The translations under genes were made by a program, and so were the position numbers. This document shows, piece by piece, positions 37,528 to 47,662 of a stretch of DNA of 64,000 nucleotides. The notes under the pieces were generated by a model, which was not told the origin of the DNA, did not search any database, and saw only the letters and a list, made by a program, of their open reading frames with translations. Numbering within the stretch: position 1 is the first letter of the stretch; every line of letters starts with the position of its first letter. Source of the DNA: an uncultured Candidatus Saccharibacteria bacterium (GTDB taxonomy: Bacteria > Patescibacteriota > Saccharimonadia > Saccharimonadales > Saccharimonadaceae); assembly GCA_938046735.1 (NCBI GenBank), contig CALIXF010000003.1:16463-80462 (forward strand). Reading direction: 5' to 3'.

Positions 37528-39159
37528 ATGGTAAATAAAAATATCGAAACAAAAAAAGAGGGATTAAGAAAAAATAGTGATAAACCTTGTAAATATATTT
37601 TTGTAACAGGTGGTGTATTGTCGGGCGTTGGTAAGGGAATTACTGCGGCCTCGATAGGAGCGATCTTGAAGGCAAAAGGGTACAAGGTGACTATGCAGAA
37701 ATGCGATCCATATCTTAATGTGGATGCAGGGCTTTTAAATCCGGTAGAGCATGGTGAATGCTATGTGACGCATGACGGAGTAGAAACAGATCTTGACCTG
37801 GGACATTATGAACGTTTTTTGGATTTTGAAACTAATCGTTATTCGATTACTTTATCAGGTTCTATTTTTAAAGAGTTAATTGAAAAAGAACGAGCAGGTG
37901 GTTTCCATGGAAAAACTGTACAATTAGTGCCACATTTTACGAATTTAGTACAAGAAAAAATTATGAAAGCTTCGCTTGATTCAGATATCCACATTGTGGA
38001 AGTTGGGGGAACAGTGGGGGATTATGAGGGACTATCTTTTATTGAGGCGATTAGGTTGTTTGCAAACAAAGTTGGACGACGTAATTGTTTATATGTGGAT
38101 GTAGTATATGTGCCTTGGATTAATACCTCTAAAGAGCTAAAAACAAAGCCAGCGCAGAATGCTTTGAAAGATTTGCGGGGATTTGGGATTATTCCAGACG
38201 TGGTAGTGTGTCGTACAGAAAAACCAGCACCAAGAGAAATTTGTGAGAAAATTGCACGTTTTTCAGGAATTTCGGACACTGCAGTTTTAAACTTGCCAGA
38301 TATTGACTCGGTTTATGATGTACCATTTAATGTATTAAAATCGGGGGTACTTGAAATTTTGAATGATTTTGTAGGTGATGATTCAGAACCTGATATGACA
38401 AAGTGGTTGGAATTTTCTAAGCGGCGAGCAGAAAAATATGAAAAAACAGTGACGGTGGGGTTGGTGGCTAAGTATGTAGGAAACGAAGATACTTATATCT
38501 GTGTGACGGAAGCTTTGAAAGCAGCGGCGGCATGGAGTGGGGTGAATCTTGTGATTAAATGGATAAATGCTGAAAAAGCTGAAGCGAAAGATTTTGCGAC
38601 GGTGGATGGATTAGTAGTGCCAGGTGGATTTGGTGCAAGAGGGATTGAGGGGAAAATCATGGCGGCGAAGTATGCGCTCGAGAATGATAAACCTTATCTT
38701 GGATTATGTCTTGGCATGCAGGTGGCTTGTATTGCGGCGGCAAGAAGAGCGGGATTAAAAAAGGCAAACTCGGAAGAATTTGAACCGGAAACGACTGAAA
38801 ATGTAATCTATATTATGGATGGTCAAAAGGGGAAGGAGTCAACTGGTGGGACGATGAGATTAGGCGACTATAAAGCTAAACTTGTGAAGGGGAGCAAAAC
38901 AGCAGAGATTTACGGATCAGAAGAGATTGTTGAAAGGCATCGCCATCGTTTTGAGGTTAATCAAAAGTTTTTGAAGGAAATTGAGAGAGGTGGGATTGAA
39001 GTTTCTGGAACATCACCAAATGGTAAATTGGTAGAGTTTGTAGAGGCCCCGGGTTGTAAATTCTTTCAAGCGACACAGGCGCATCCAGAATTTAAATCAC
39101 GACCACTTAAGGTACATCCTTTATTTCAGGCCTTTATGGATGTATTAGCCAAGAATTAG
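37528..39159 (+). CDS. pyrG: CTP synthase
   Basis: 543 aa; N-terminal synthase domain (YIFVTGGVLSGVGKGI) plus C-terminal GATase (GLCLGMQ, H...E). Confidence 0.95.
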   Translation: MVNKNIETKKEGLRKNSDKPCKYIFVTGGVLSGVGKGITAASIGAILKAKGYKVTMQKCDPYLNVDAGLLNPVEHGECYVTHDGVETDLDLGHYERFLDFETNRYSITLSGSIFKELIEKERAGGFHGKTVQLVPHFTNLVQEKIMKASLDSDIHIVEVGGTVGDYEGLSFIEAIRLFANKVGRRNCLYVDVVYVPWINTSKELKTKPAQNALKDLRGFGIIPDVVVCRTEKPAPREICEKIARFSGISDTAVLNLPDIDSVYDVPFNVLKSGVLEILNDFVGDDSEPDMTKWLEFSKRRAEKYEKTVTVGLVAKYVGNEDTYICVTEALKAAAAWSGVNLVIKWINAEKAEAKDFATVDGLVVPGGFGARGIEGKIMAAKYALENDKPYLGLCLGMQVACIAAARRAGLKKANSEEFEPETTENVIYIMDGQKGKESTGGTMRLGDYKAKLVKGSKTAEIYGSEEIVERHRHRFEVNQKFLKEIERGGIEVSGTSPNGKLVEFVEAPGCKFFQATQAHPEFKSRPLKVHPLFQAFMDVLAKN

Positions 39160-39227
39160 AGCGTATTTAAGGCGGATCTTGTGAGAAGTTATAAGGGGTG
39201 ATGGTTTTTGTGTGATAAAATATAGGT

Positions 39228-41036
39228 ATGGAAAAAATCAGAGAGTTATTAAGGGCAGTAATCTCAAGCTTGTATCATGTTGAGGCGGAAATTAATTTAG
39301 TGGAAGCACCTAAAGATACGGGGGCTGATTTTGCCACAAATATAGCAATGAATTTGGCAAAGAACTTAAAAAGAAACCCTATGCAGATTGCCGAAGAGAT
39401 TCGAGAGAAGACTTTAGAGCTAGATGCGGCGAATGAAAGGAAAATTTCAGAGATTGAAATTGCGAAACCGGGTTTTATTAATATTAAACTAAGTGATGGT
39501 TTTTACAAGCTAGAGCTTGAGAAATATCAGAAGAATTTTCTGGAAAATATATCACAGGATGAATATTTAGAAAAGACGGTGATTTGTGAGTTTTCTGATC
39601 CTAATCCGTTTAAGATTTTGCACGTAGGACATTTATACACTTCAATGGTGGGGGATGCGATTTCACGAATTGTGGAATTTGCTGGTGGTAATGTAGTGCG
39701 GGCTAATTTTGGCGGTGATGTGGGGCTACATGTCGCAAAAAATATGTATGCACTTTTGCAACATAAAGATGAGATTAATGATTTGATGACGACGACGGAG
39801 AAAGCTGAATTATTGTCTAAGACTTATGTAGAGGGGGCGACGGCTTATGAAGAAGATGAGATTGCAAAAGAGAAAATTGTGGAGATTAATAAGAAAATCT
39901 ACAGAATTGCAGAGGCAGGAGACTCGATTGTGGCTGAGTTGGAGGGATTAATCGAACGTGATGCGAGCCGGGCGACACTGAATGAATTAGAACTCGCCAA
40001 GGTTTATTCCTGGGGAAGAAAGGCTAGTTACCAATATTTTAAGGATTTCTATAAGAAGATTGGCGTAAAATTTGATCGATATTATCCAGAATCAACGGTG
40101 GCAGCGAAGGGACTTGAGATGGTAACAAAGGGCCTTGGAGACGGAGTGTATGAAGAGTCAGATGGAGCTATCGTGTTTAAGGGGGAGAAGTATGGATTAC
40201 ATACTAGAGTATTCATTAATAAGAACGGTTTGCCAACTTATGAAGCAAAAGACGTTGGTTTGATTTTTACAAAATGGGAAGATTATCATTTTGATAAATC
40301 AATTATTATTACCGGTAACGATATTATTGATTATATGAAAGTGGTATTAAAATCGGTTGAGCAGTATGCTCCAGAGTTGTCTAAAAGGACATTACACTTA
40401 ACTCATGGACAGGTGAAACTGCCAGGAAGAGAAAAAATGTCTTCAAGAAAGGGAAACTTTTTGAAGGCAGTGGACGTAATTGAACTAATTCGTGAAGAAT
40501 TAATAAAGGTTCAGGAGGAATTAAGTCAGAATAAAGGTGAGCCGAATCCAGAAGAAGTAGATTTAAGGATTTTACTAGGTGCAATTCGTTATGCTTTTTT
40601 GAAATATAAGGTGGGTGGTGACATCGTCTTTGATGTTAAAGAATCTGTATCGATGACAGGTAATTCAGGCCCCTATTTACAATATTCGGCAGTGCGTGCA
40701 CAAAAAGTACTCGGAAAAATTTTAGAGTCTCAGGTCGAAAAAACGAACAAAAAAGTTGAACAAAAAGAGTGGACTTTAGTAGTTGTTGAAAAGAATTTGA
40801 TCAAAAAAATTATGCAATATAAAAATGTATTAGGTGAGGTTGTTGGTGAATTATCTCCAAGTAAATTATGTACTTATTTATATGAGATAGCGCAGGATTT
40901 TAGTCGTTTCTACGAGAACGTACAGGTGGTCGGGAGTGAGTATGAGGTAGAGCGTGGCGCGATAGTATTGGCTTACTTAAAAGTTTTAACACATGGGCTT
41001 AGTATTTTGGGAATTGAAATTCCGGAGAAGATGTAA
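39228..41036 (+). CDS. argS: arginine--tRNA ligase
   Basis: 602 aa; class I motifs (HVGHL; KMSSRKGN region), DALR anticodon-binding C-terminus; no Shine-Dalgarno sequence, TGATAAAAT 6 nt upstream of the ATG. Confidence 0.9.
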   Translation: MEKIRELLRAVISSLYHVEAEINLVEAPKDTGADFATNIAMNLAKNLKRNPMQIAEEIREKTLELDAANERKISEIEIAKPGFINIKLSDGFYKLELEKYQKNFLENISQDEYLEKTVICEFSDPNPFKILHVGHLYTSMVGDAISRIVEFAGGNVVRANFGGDVGLHVAKNMYALLQHKDEINDLMTTTEKAELLSKTYVEGATAYEEDEIAKEKIVEINKKIYRIAEAGDSIVAELEGLIERDASRATLNELELAKVYSWGRKASYQYFKDFYKKIGVKFDRYYPESTVAAKGLEMVTKGLGDGVYEESDGAIVFKGEKYGLHTRVFINKNGLPTYEAKDVGLIFTKWEDYHFDKSIIITGNDIIDYMKVVLKSVEQYAPELSKRTLHLTHGQVKLPGREKMSSRKGNFLKAVDVIELIREELIKVQEELSQNKGEPNPEEVDLRILLGAIRYAFLKYKVGGDIVFDVKESVSMTGNSGPYLQYSAVRAQKVLGKILESQVEKTNKKVEQKEWTLVVVEKNLIKKIMQYKNVLGEVVGELSPSKLCTYLYEIAQDFSRFYENVQVVGSEYEVERGAIVLAYLKVLTHGLSILGIEIPEKM

Positions 41037-41038
41037 TA

Positions 41039-41569
41039 ATGAAAAAAGCAAAATTGTTATGGATGGATCTGGAAATGACAGGATTGGATCCAGAAAAAGA
41101 TAGAATCCTTGAGGTTGCGGCAATTGCAACGGATTGGCAATTTAATATTATAGATAAGATGACAGCGGTAGTGAGAGTACCTGAACAGTTGATTGAAAAG
41201 AGGATGGTGGGGAAATTTTGGGAGATACATAAGGAGGCTCGTGAAGCGTTGGTGAAGCAAAACGTGGATGGACTGGAGTCTTCTATGGTTGAAAAACAAA
41301 TTTTAAAGTTTATCGAAAAAAACTTTGGTAAAGAGGTTTATCTTGCAGGGAATTCAATCCATCAGGATAAAAGATTTATTGTGAAAGAATGGCCAGAGTT
41401 AGATCACAGATTACATTATCGAATGTTTGATGTGTCGGCTTGGAAGATTTATTTTGAGAATGTGCTGAACAAAAAATTTACGAAAAGAGAGGCACATCGA
41501 GCACTTGATGATATTGAGGGGTCAATTGAAGAAATCAAATATTATTTAACTTTTTTAAAGAAGGCTTAG
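41039..41569 (+). CDS. orn: oligoribonuclease (DEDDh 3'-5' exonuclease)
   Basis: 176 aa; LLWMDLEMTGLDP...H...D motifs typical of Orn. Confidence 0.85.
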   Translation: MKKAKLLWMDLEMTGLDPEKDRILEVAAIATDWQFNIIDKMTAVVRVPEQLIEKRMVGKFWEIHKEAREALVKQNVDGLESSMVEKQILKFIEKNFGKEVYLAGNSIHQDKRFIVKEWPELDHRLHYRMFDVSAWKIYFENVLNKKFTKREAHRALDDIEGSIEEIKYYLTFLKKA

Positions 41570-41884
41570 ATGGAATTTTTGATTGATGAAGTAGGGGGGA
41601 TAGGGAATTTTACGGAAAAAGCTTTAGTGACTCGTGATGGCGGGAATGAGGAGAAGCTATTTTTAGCGCCGAATGGAAAAGTTTTTTTGGTTGATCGAGT
41701 AAAAACTGTTGAAATAAGAACGGATAAAAATTTATCAAGACTACTAAGAGAACGGTATGAGTCTGTAATGGTATCACGTTATTTTGGTAATGGGGGAATT
41801 GAGATTGTAATGAGCGGACAAATTCCTCTAGATGAGATTTATGATATGGTGAGATTAAGTTACAATTTGACTAAAGACCTTTAA
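41570..41884 (+). CDS. hypothetical protein (104 aa), start abuts the orn stop
   Basis: ORF start immediately follows the orn TAG; followed by a terminator. Confidence 0.45.
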   Translation: MEFLIDEVGGIGNFTEKALVTRDGGNEEKLFLAPNGKVFLVDRVKTVEIRTDKNLSRLLRERYESVMVSRYFGNGGIEIVMSGQIPLDEIYDMVRLSYNLTKDL

Positions 41885-41914
41885 AAATAGTCACCGACTG
41901 GTGGCTATTTTTAA
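41884..41914. terminator. bidirectional terminator hairpin (TAGTCACC-GACT-GGTGGCTA) between the orn operon and convergent mscL
   Basis: Inverted repeat with T-runs on both sides. Confidence 0.55.
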
Positions 41915-41928
41915 AGAAAAGTTTTGAA

Positions 41929-42372
41929 TTATTTTTTGCGTTGGTCACGAATTTCTTCAAGAACAGTAAGAATTTTATCATCAGTAGTTGGTTCTTTTTC
42001 GGCTTCTTTCTTAGCAGAAAGTTTGTTGATAAGACGTACGAAAACAAAAATACAGAAAGCAACAATTAGAAAATCAACGATATTTTGAATAAAATTGCCG
42101 TAACGGATATGTGCTGCACCGTTGCCGCCGAAGAAATTTGGGATGGTAATCTCTAATTTAGTAAAATCAATACCGCCAAGTATAACGCCGACGACTGGCA
42201 TAATGAGATCGTTAACTAGTGAGCTGATAATTTTATTAAAAGCACCGCCAATAATGACACCTACAGCTAGGTCAAGGACGTTACCATGGTTGATGAAATC
42301 ACGAAATTCTTTAAGTATGGGATTTACTTTTGTAATACTTTTCTTTAGTTTCTTTAAATCAGGATTTTTCAT
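41929..42372 (-). CDS. mscL: large-conductance mechanosensitive channel
   Basis: 147 aa; FINHGNVLDLAVGVIIGGAFNKII consensus MscL TM1. Confidence 0.9.
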   Translation of the reverse strand: MKNPDLKKLKKSITKVNPILKEFRDFINHGNVLDLAVGVIIGGAFNKIISSLVNDLIMPVVGVILGGIDFTKLEITIPNFFGGNGAAHIRYGNFIQNIVDFLIVAFCIFVFVRLINKLSAKKEAEKEPTTDDKILTVLEEIRDQRKK

Positions 42373-42418
42373 GTGTTTAATTATAAACGAAAATAAAAAA
42401 TATACTACTAGGGGCGGA

Positions 42419-43063
42419 TTATACGGCTTTAGCGTTGAAAGTGGCGTAATTGTTTTTAAGATTAGTGAGGCTTTTTATCTCAGTATCAGTGGCAGCTTTG
42501 GCGTTTGGTTTTTTGGTACGTTCATTGGCTTCAGATTGATAATTGATGAGGTAAGTAAGTTGGAGAGTAAATTCGCGAATAAGGACACGGTCAAGATGAG
42601 CTGAGAGATGAGCGGTTTCAAGAGTGGAATTTAGGGTTGCATTTTTAGTCTTTTCTTCTTGACTGATAGTGTCTTCGTCGAGGTTCGAGACATCTTCAAT
42701 GCCAAATTCTTCAGCTAGAGATTTAGCTTCAGTAATCATTAATTCATTGAGAATGGCTTTTAATGAGGCGGTATAGGCGCGAAGATCGGAAGATTTAAGA
42801 AGATCTCCATATTTTGAAATAGTTTCATCTTTTAGATATTTTGACATGAAATAACTACGGATAAGAAGGTCACGGTCGCGGGTATCAATAGTTTTTTTGG
42901 TGTTGAAGAGAAGAGAAGTGCCAATGAGAAAAAAGAGAGCAATAATGGCAATAATGATGTTTTTGGGGGTTAAAAATTCACGGATGTTAAAATGGGATCC
43001 GGAAGACTTGTGGTTATGTTTATTTTCGCTTGCAATTTGTTGCAAATAGGCCATTTTATCCAT
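42419..43063 (-). CDS. hypothetical single-pass membrane protein
   Basis: Start placed at MDKMAYL (43063) to avoid overlap with dnaG; one TM helix then a helical domain. Confidence 0.45.
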   Translation of the reverse strand: MDKMAYLQQIASENKHNHKSSGSHFNIREFLTPKNIIIAIIALFFLIGTSLLFNTKKTIDTRDRDLLIRSYFMSKYLKDETISKYGDLLKSSDLRAYTASLKAILNELMITEAKSLAEEFGIEDVSNLDEDTISQEEKTKNATLNSTLETAHLSAHLDRVLIREFTLQLTYLINYQSEANERTKKPNAKAATDTEIKSLTNLKNNYATFNAKAV

Positions 43064-43092
43064 AGGAATATTATAGCATAACAGATTTGAGA

Positions 43093-43101
43093 TGGTATAA
43101 T
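43093..43101 (+). promoter_or_regulatory. extended -10 promoter (TGGTATAAT) for dnaG
   Basis: TGnTATAAT 68 nt upstream of the dnaG ATG, which has a GGAGGA Shine-Dalgarno sequence. Confidence 0.5.
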
Positions 43102-43169
43102 TTAAGAAAGACGAGGAGGATAATTTTTCTGATGCAGATGGGCGAACGGGAGTGGAGGAAAGAGTTTTA

Positions 43170-44807
43170 ATGCAGGACGCCAAAGAAGAAATTCGAGCAA
43201 GACTGCCAATTGAGGATGTGGTTTCTCAATATATTGAGCTAAAGAGAGCCGGAAGAACGTTGAAGGGACGTTCGCCTTGGGGTGTGGATAAAACACCTTC
43301 GTTTATGGTGTCGCCTGAGAAAGGTATTTGGCATGATTTTTCCGCAAATAAGGGCGGTGATATTTTTAGTTTTATTATGGAAGTAGAGGGAATTACTTTT
43401 AGGGAGGCTTTGGAAAAGTTAGCAGCGCAGGCCGGAGTGGAGTTAAAAAAATATGATAAGAGTGACGAAAAAAATGCGCGACTAAAAATGCGAGCAAAAG
43501 AAGCAAACGAACTGGCTTGTAAATACTATCAAGTGTGTCTTGCAAAGAATAAAGCGGTTTGTGAATATGTTTTTTACGGTCGAAAACTGAATAGAAATAC
43601 GATTGTAGAATTTCGAATTGGTTATGCGCCGAATACAAAAAATAGTCTGGTGGAGTTTTTGAAAAAGCGTGGTTATTCGGTTGATGAAGCAAAGGAAGCT
43701 GGATTAATAAATCGTTTTAATGGTGATTTATTTAAGGGGAGAATGATGATTCCTTTTCTTGATGCAAACACTGGAGAAGTGATTGGATTTACAGGAAGAA
43801 TTATTGAGAAGGGAGAACCAAAGTATTTAAATACACCAGAAACGAGGTTATTTAATAAAGGGCGTTTTATTTTTGGTCTGTCACAGGCAAAAGAAGCAAT
43901 TCGAAAAAATAATTTTGTAGTGATTGTGGAAGGTAATATGGATGTGATTTCTTCGCATCAGGCCGGTGTAAAGGAAGCAGTAGCAACGTCGGGTACAGCA
44001 ATGACGGAAAATCATTTGAAGATTTTATCAAGATTTACAACGGATATTCGTCTAGCATATGACGGAGATGAAGCAGGGATTAAGGCGGCAGAACGAGCGA
44101 TCATGTTGGCTGGAAAAATAGGTATTTCATTGTCAGTAATTTCTGATTATGGAAAGGCGAAAGATCCGGACGAGTTGATTAAAATTGATCCAAAATTATG
44201 GCAGGAATGTGTAGAGAATCGAATGCCGGCGGTGGATTGGATTTTGAAGAAATACGAAAATAAATTGAATTTGATGACAGGGCCAGGCAAGAAGGAATAT
44301 TCTGATATGGCAATGAAGATTATTTCGTACATCGAGGATCCAGTTGAGAAAAAACATTATGAGCAACTGGTCGCGAGAAAACTGGATGTGACAGTAGAGG
44401 ATTTACAGGCAAAGAAAATTACGACAGAAACTATTAGGCTAAAGCCAGTAGTGACTCGTGATCAAGGCAAAACTGAATTAGCTGAATCAATGATGGTGAT
44501 GAAAAATCTGGAAGATAGTTTACAGGCAATTCTGGTTTACGGTGGAGTAGTGGGACAGGAAATCGCGCTTGAGGTACCGGAGGATGAAACGAGATTAGAA
44601 GAGTTATCGCTGATTTTTGAGGAAAAATATGCGAGGATGAAGGAAGAGGTTTTGGCGCAAGAAGTCGTAAGTTTAAATAGACGGTATAAGGAAGAATTAA
44701 AAAAACAAAGGATTGTGAAATTAACTGAAGAGTTGGTGAAATTTGAAAATGATGAAGAAAAAACAATTGAGATTTTGAAACAGATTGAGCAGTTGCGACG
44801 AGAATGA
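43170..44807 (+). CDS. dnaG: DNA primase
   Basis: CHC2 zinc-finger region (SPWGVDKTPSFMV...), TOPRIM domain (EGNMDV...DGDEAG). Confidence 0.9.
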   Translation: MQDAKEEIRARLPIEDVVSQYIELKRAGRTLKGRSPWGVDKTPSFMVSPEKGIWHDFSANKGGDIFSFIMEVEGITFREALEKLAAQAGVELKKYDKSDEKNARLKMRAKEANELACKYYQVCLAKNKAVCEYVFYGRKLNRNTIVEFRIGYAPNTKNSLVEFLKKRGYSVDEAKEAGLINRFNGDLFKGRMMIPFLDANTGEVIGFTGRIIEKGEPKYLNTPETRLFNKGRFIFGLSQAKEAIRKNNFVVIVEGNMDVISSHQAGVKEAVATSGTAMTENHLKILSRFTTDIRLAYDGDEAGIKAAERAIMLAGKIGISLSVISDYGKAKDPDELIKIDPKLWQECVENRMPAVDWILKKYENKLNLMTGPGKKEYSDMAMKIISYIEDPVEKKHYEQLVARKLDVTVEDLQAKKITTETIRLKPVVTRDQGKTELAESMMVMKNLEDSLQAILVYGGVVGQEIALEVPEDETRLEELSLIFEEKYARMKEEVLAQEVVSLNRRYKEELKKQRIVKLTEELVKFENDEEKTIEILKQIEQLRRE

Positions 44808-44937
44808 AAATATAAATTGCGCGTTCTTTGCATAGCAGAGGATGACGATGGTTTTTAAGTTTGTGGATCTAGACATTTGTAAGAATAAGCGGTATATTTA
44901 TGTAAAAGTCATATTTTAAATTTGAAAGGGTGTTTGC

Positions 44938-45258
44938 ATGAAAGACGAGGGTAAAGATCTTACCGCATCTCAAAAAGAGGTTCTTGCAAAATTTGTCGAT
45001 CAGATGATTGACGAAAAGAGAATGCCAAAAACTGATCGGCTTAGAGCGGAGCTTGAAGAGAAGCTAAGCGATGCCGTGATGACGGAGATTTTAATGAATC
45101 TACCAGATTATTTATTAGATAAGATTAATGCCGCTTATGATGAAGATAGAGCTAGTGATGAATTGATTGAGGAAATCGTAAGAGAAGCTGGAATAGATAC
45201 CACCCAAATTGCACGAAAAGCGATGTTAAATTTTCGTGAGGAATTTTTAGCTAAATAA
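44938..45258 (+). CDS. hypothetical small acidic protein (106 aa)
   Basis: Helical, acidic; directly precedes the 754-aa charged protein. Confidence 0.45.
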   Translation: MKDEGKDLTASQKEVLAKFVDQMIDEKRMPKTDRLRAELEEKLSDAVMTEILMNLPDYLLDKINAAYDEDRASDELIEEIVREAGIDTTQIARKAMLNFREEFLAK

Positions 45259-45296
45259 AAAAATATGACAAGTCTTGAGGGATAGGAGAGCAGATA

Positions 45297-47561
45297 ATGA
45301 AAAATATGAATAGTCTTGGGGGCGGAAATAACAATACTGAAAGTGTTGTCGATAATGATGAAAATAAAAATATCGAAAAAAACAGCGAGCAGGAGAAGAA
45401 ATCGTTAGAATTTTCGAAAGAGGATATTAATAACGGTAAAAAACGCCAGGCAATTGTAAATTTCTTGAATGGTGAGCTAGCTGCACAGATGAAGCAGGAA
45501 GTTGGCCTTGGATTTGCGGATGAGCAGTGGGCAAAAAAGCAGATTTTTTCTGTACAGGATCGTTTAAAGAATGCAAGTAATAATTATAATGCTGATCATA
45601 ATGATGATGCATTCTTGTATGTCGTAAATGACATTATGGACAAAATCAATCAGGGAGCTGAGGTGGTTGATGGTGATGAAACTAAGACTAAGAAACTCGA
45701 AAATACTGCAAAAATTAAGGAATCGATTATATCGAGAAATAAAAAAGGTGAAATTAGCGATTCGCTAATGAACCATAAATTGAATTCGCTTGAGAAAGTG
45801 AATGAGAATATTAATAAAGATTTTGATTTACGTCGATATGGCTTTTTGGCGGAAAAGCAGATAAAGGAAGAAAACGAGAAATATGCTGAGACCGTCAAGA
45901 GTTTTGATCAAAAAGATGAAGAGTTTCGTAAAAAGCGTAGTGAATATGAAGCCATGAATGGTGGTAAGTTGACGAGCGAACAAAGAGAAGAGTTGAAAAA
46001 ATTACGTGGTGAAGCTGATTCGTTATGGGATGAAAGATCAAAACTCGAAGAAGTGATAGGTGAATCAGATGAGACTAGGAAAGCGAAGTTAGCTAGTGAA
46101 ATTGCACAGCAAGAGAAACAAAAGGCCGAAGAACGCAAGAAACAGCTAGAAACTGTACTTGGATTGAATAAAAAAGAATCGGAAACTGTGGGGGATAATG
46201 AGAAAAATGAGGTTCGTGAAGCTGGAGATGATGAGAACAGGGAAGGTGTGACTGCATTTCAAATGAGACAGTTTATGAGAACCGGAGTTGCTGGTCATCA
46301 CAATCTGCCAAAAAATAGTGTTGAAAAAAATGAAAAAGAAAAAGACCCAGAAGAACAAAAGCGTGAGGAATTGAAGAAGTATTATGAATCGTTAGTGCCA
46401 AAACCTGACAGTGTTGAAGCTGCAAGCTTCGGCAACGGTGAGTATATTTGTGAAGCTATACTTGATACTGACGCTAGTAAGCAAAGAAGTGTTGAGAAAG
46501 TAATTGAAAAAAGAGAAGAATACTTGAGCCAAGTTGATAAGAACGAGATCTCAGCTGACAAGTTTAACTTCCTGAGGGGGTCTAATTTGGGTGCAAATCT
46601 TCTATTGAATTACTGCAAGATCGATAATGGTTTGATGTATGCGGCAGAGATGGGTAATGAAAAAGTACTTTACACAAAGATGTTCAATAATCTCTTTGGC
46701 GCAAAGAATAAGCTGCTTTCTTTATATGATCCAATGGCCGCTGAAGAAAAATTATGTAAAGCAACTGGAAAACCATTTGACTCGGATAAATTTAAGGATG
46801 CTAAGGGTGAAATCTCTAAAGAGCAATATGAGATAGCATTAAATGTTTTGAATGGTTTCCAAGTTAATATCGTGAACAAGGCAGGAAAAGAGATCGGCTC
46901 AAATGACCCTAACGATGTAATTGAGATGTTTAATAATGAGCGAAAATCTGATGCATATAAGGAGTTTGAGGAGAGGATCCGAATGAACGACTTTAACAGG
47001 AGTGAAATGGGGAGAGTCTATAATGAAAAGAGGGCTGTTGCTGATGATTTTGTGAAAAGTTTCTTTGATAAAGAGGCAGATAAAAAAGTGAAGGCATACA
47101 TGAATGGTGCAAACCCTTATCAAAAGGAGTCCGGGAGTGGTTTGTCGACAGAAATGAAGGAGACACAAGCAGAAAATAGTGCAGAAATTGCAAAAGATTT
47201 ACGAGAACTAAATCTTGAAGGAATGTTTAAGCGTTTTAGCAAGGATATGGCCGGAGATGATGAAAACAAATTGTTTGGTGCTTCATACTTATATAGAGAG
47301 CTTAACAGCGAATTTATGAAACTAAAGAAGAAAATTGAAGATAGTAGTTTTAGAAAATTGCCAGCAGAAGAACAACGTGAAGCTGAAACAAAACGGGATT
47401 TACTGTATAATATTTCGGATAGTCTAAATGATTTTTGTAGCGAAGCATTTCAGAAACAGAAGTATAATATTAGGCAGTCTTTACTAAATTATGCGAAAAG
47501 TACTAAGAAGAATATAATAAGAACTCTTGTGCGTAATTTAAGTTTTATGCGTAAACGCTAA
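45297..47561 (+). CDS. hypothetical large K/E-rich protein (754 aa) with predicted coiled-coil segments, no TM or signal peptide
   Basis: Long uninterrupted ORF with a GGAGAG Shine-Dalgarno sequence; very high charge; no catalytic motifs. Confidence 0.55.
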   Translation: MKNMNSLGGGNNNTESVVDNDENKNIEKNSEQEKKSLEFSKEDINNGKKRQAIVNFLNGELAAQMKQEVGLGFADEQWAKKQIFSVQDRLKNASNNYNADHNDDAFLYVVNDIMDKINQGAEVVDGDETKTKKLENTAKIKESIISRNKKGEISDSLMNHKLNSLEKVNENINKDFDLRRYGFLAEKQIKEENEKYAETVKSFDQKDEEFRKKRSEYEAMNGGKLTSEQREELKKLRGEADSLWDERSKLEEVIGESDETRKAKLASEIAQQEKQKAEERKKQLETVLGLNKKESETVGDNEKNEVREAGDDENREGVTAFQMRQFMRTGVAGHHNLPKNSVEKNEKEKDPEEQKREELKKYYESLVPKPDSVEAASFGNGEYICEAILDTDASKQRSVEKVIEKREEYLSQVDKNEISADKFNFLRGSNLGANLLLNYCKIDNGLMYAAEMGNEKVLYTKMFNNLFGAKNKLLSLYDPMAAEEKLCKATGKPFDSDKFKDAKGEISKEQYEIALNVLNGFQVNIVNKAGKEIGSNDPNDVIEMFNNERKSDAYKEFEERIRMNDFNRSEMGRVYNEKRAVADDFVKSFFDKEADKKVKAYMNGANPYQKESGSGLSTEMKETQAENSAEIAKDLRELNLEGMFKRFSKDMAGDDENKLFGASYLYRELNSEFMKLKKKIEDSSFRKLPAEEQREAETKRDLLYNISDSLNDFCSEAFQKQKYNIRQSLLNYAKSTKKNIIRTLVRNLSFMRKR

Positions 47562-47662
47562 ATTAGTAAATGCTTCATTTGGAAAATTGATGGGGCATTA
47601 CTTTAATTTTTTGTCAACTAAGAATTTGTGTAAAATTATTTTTTATGTTATAAATTGATGTA

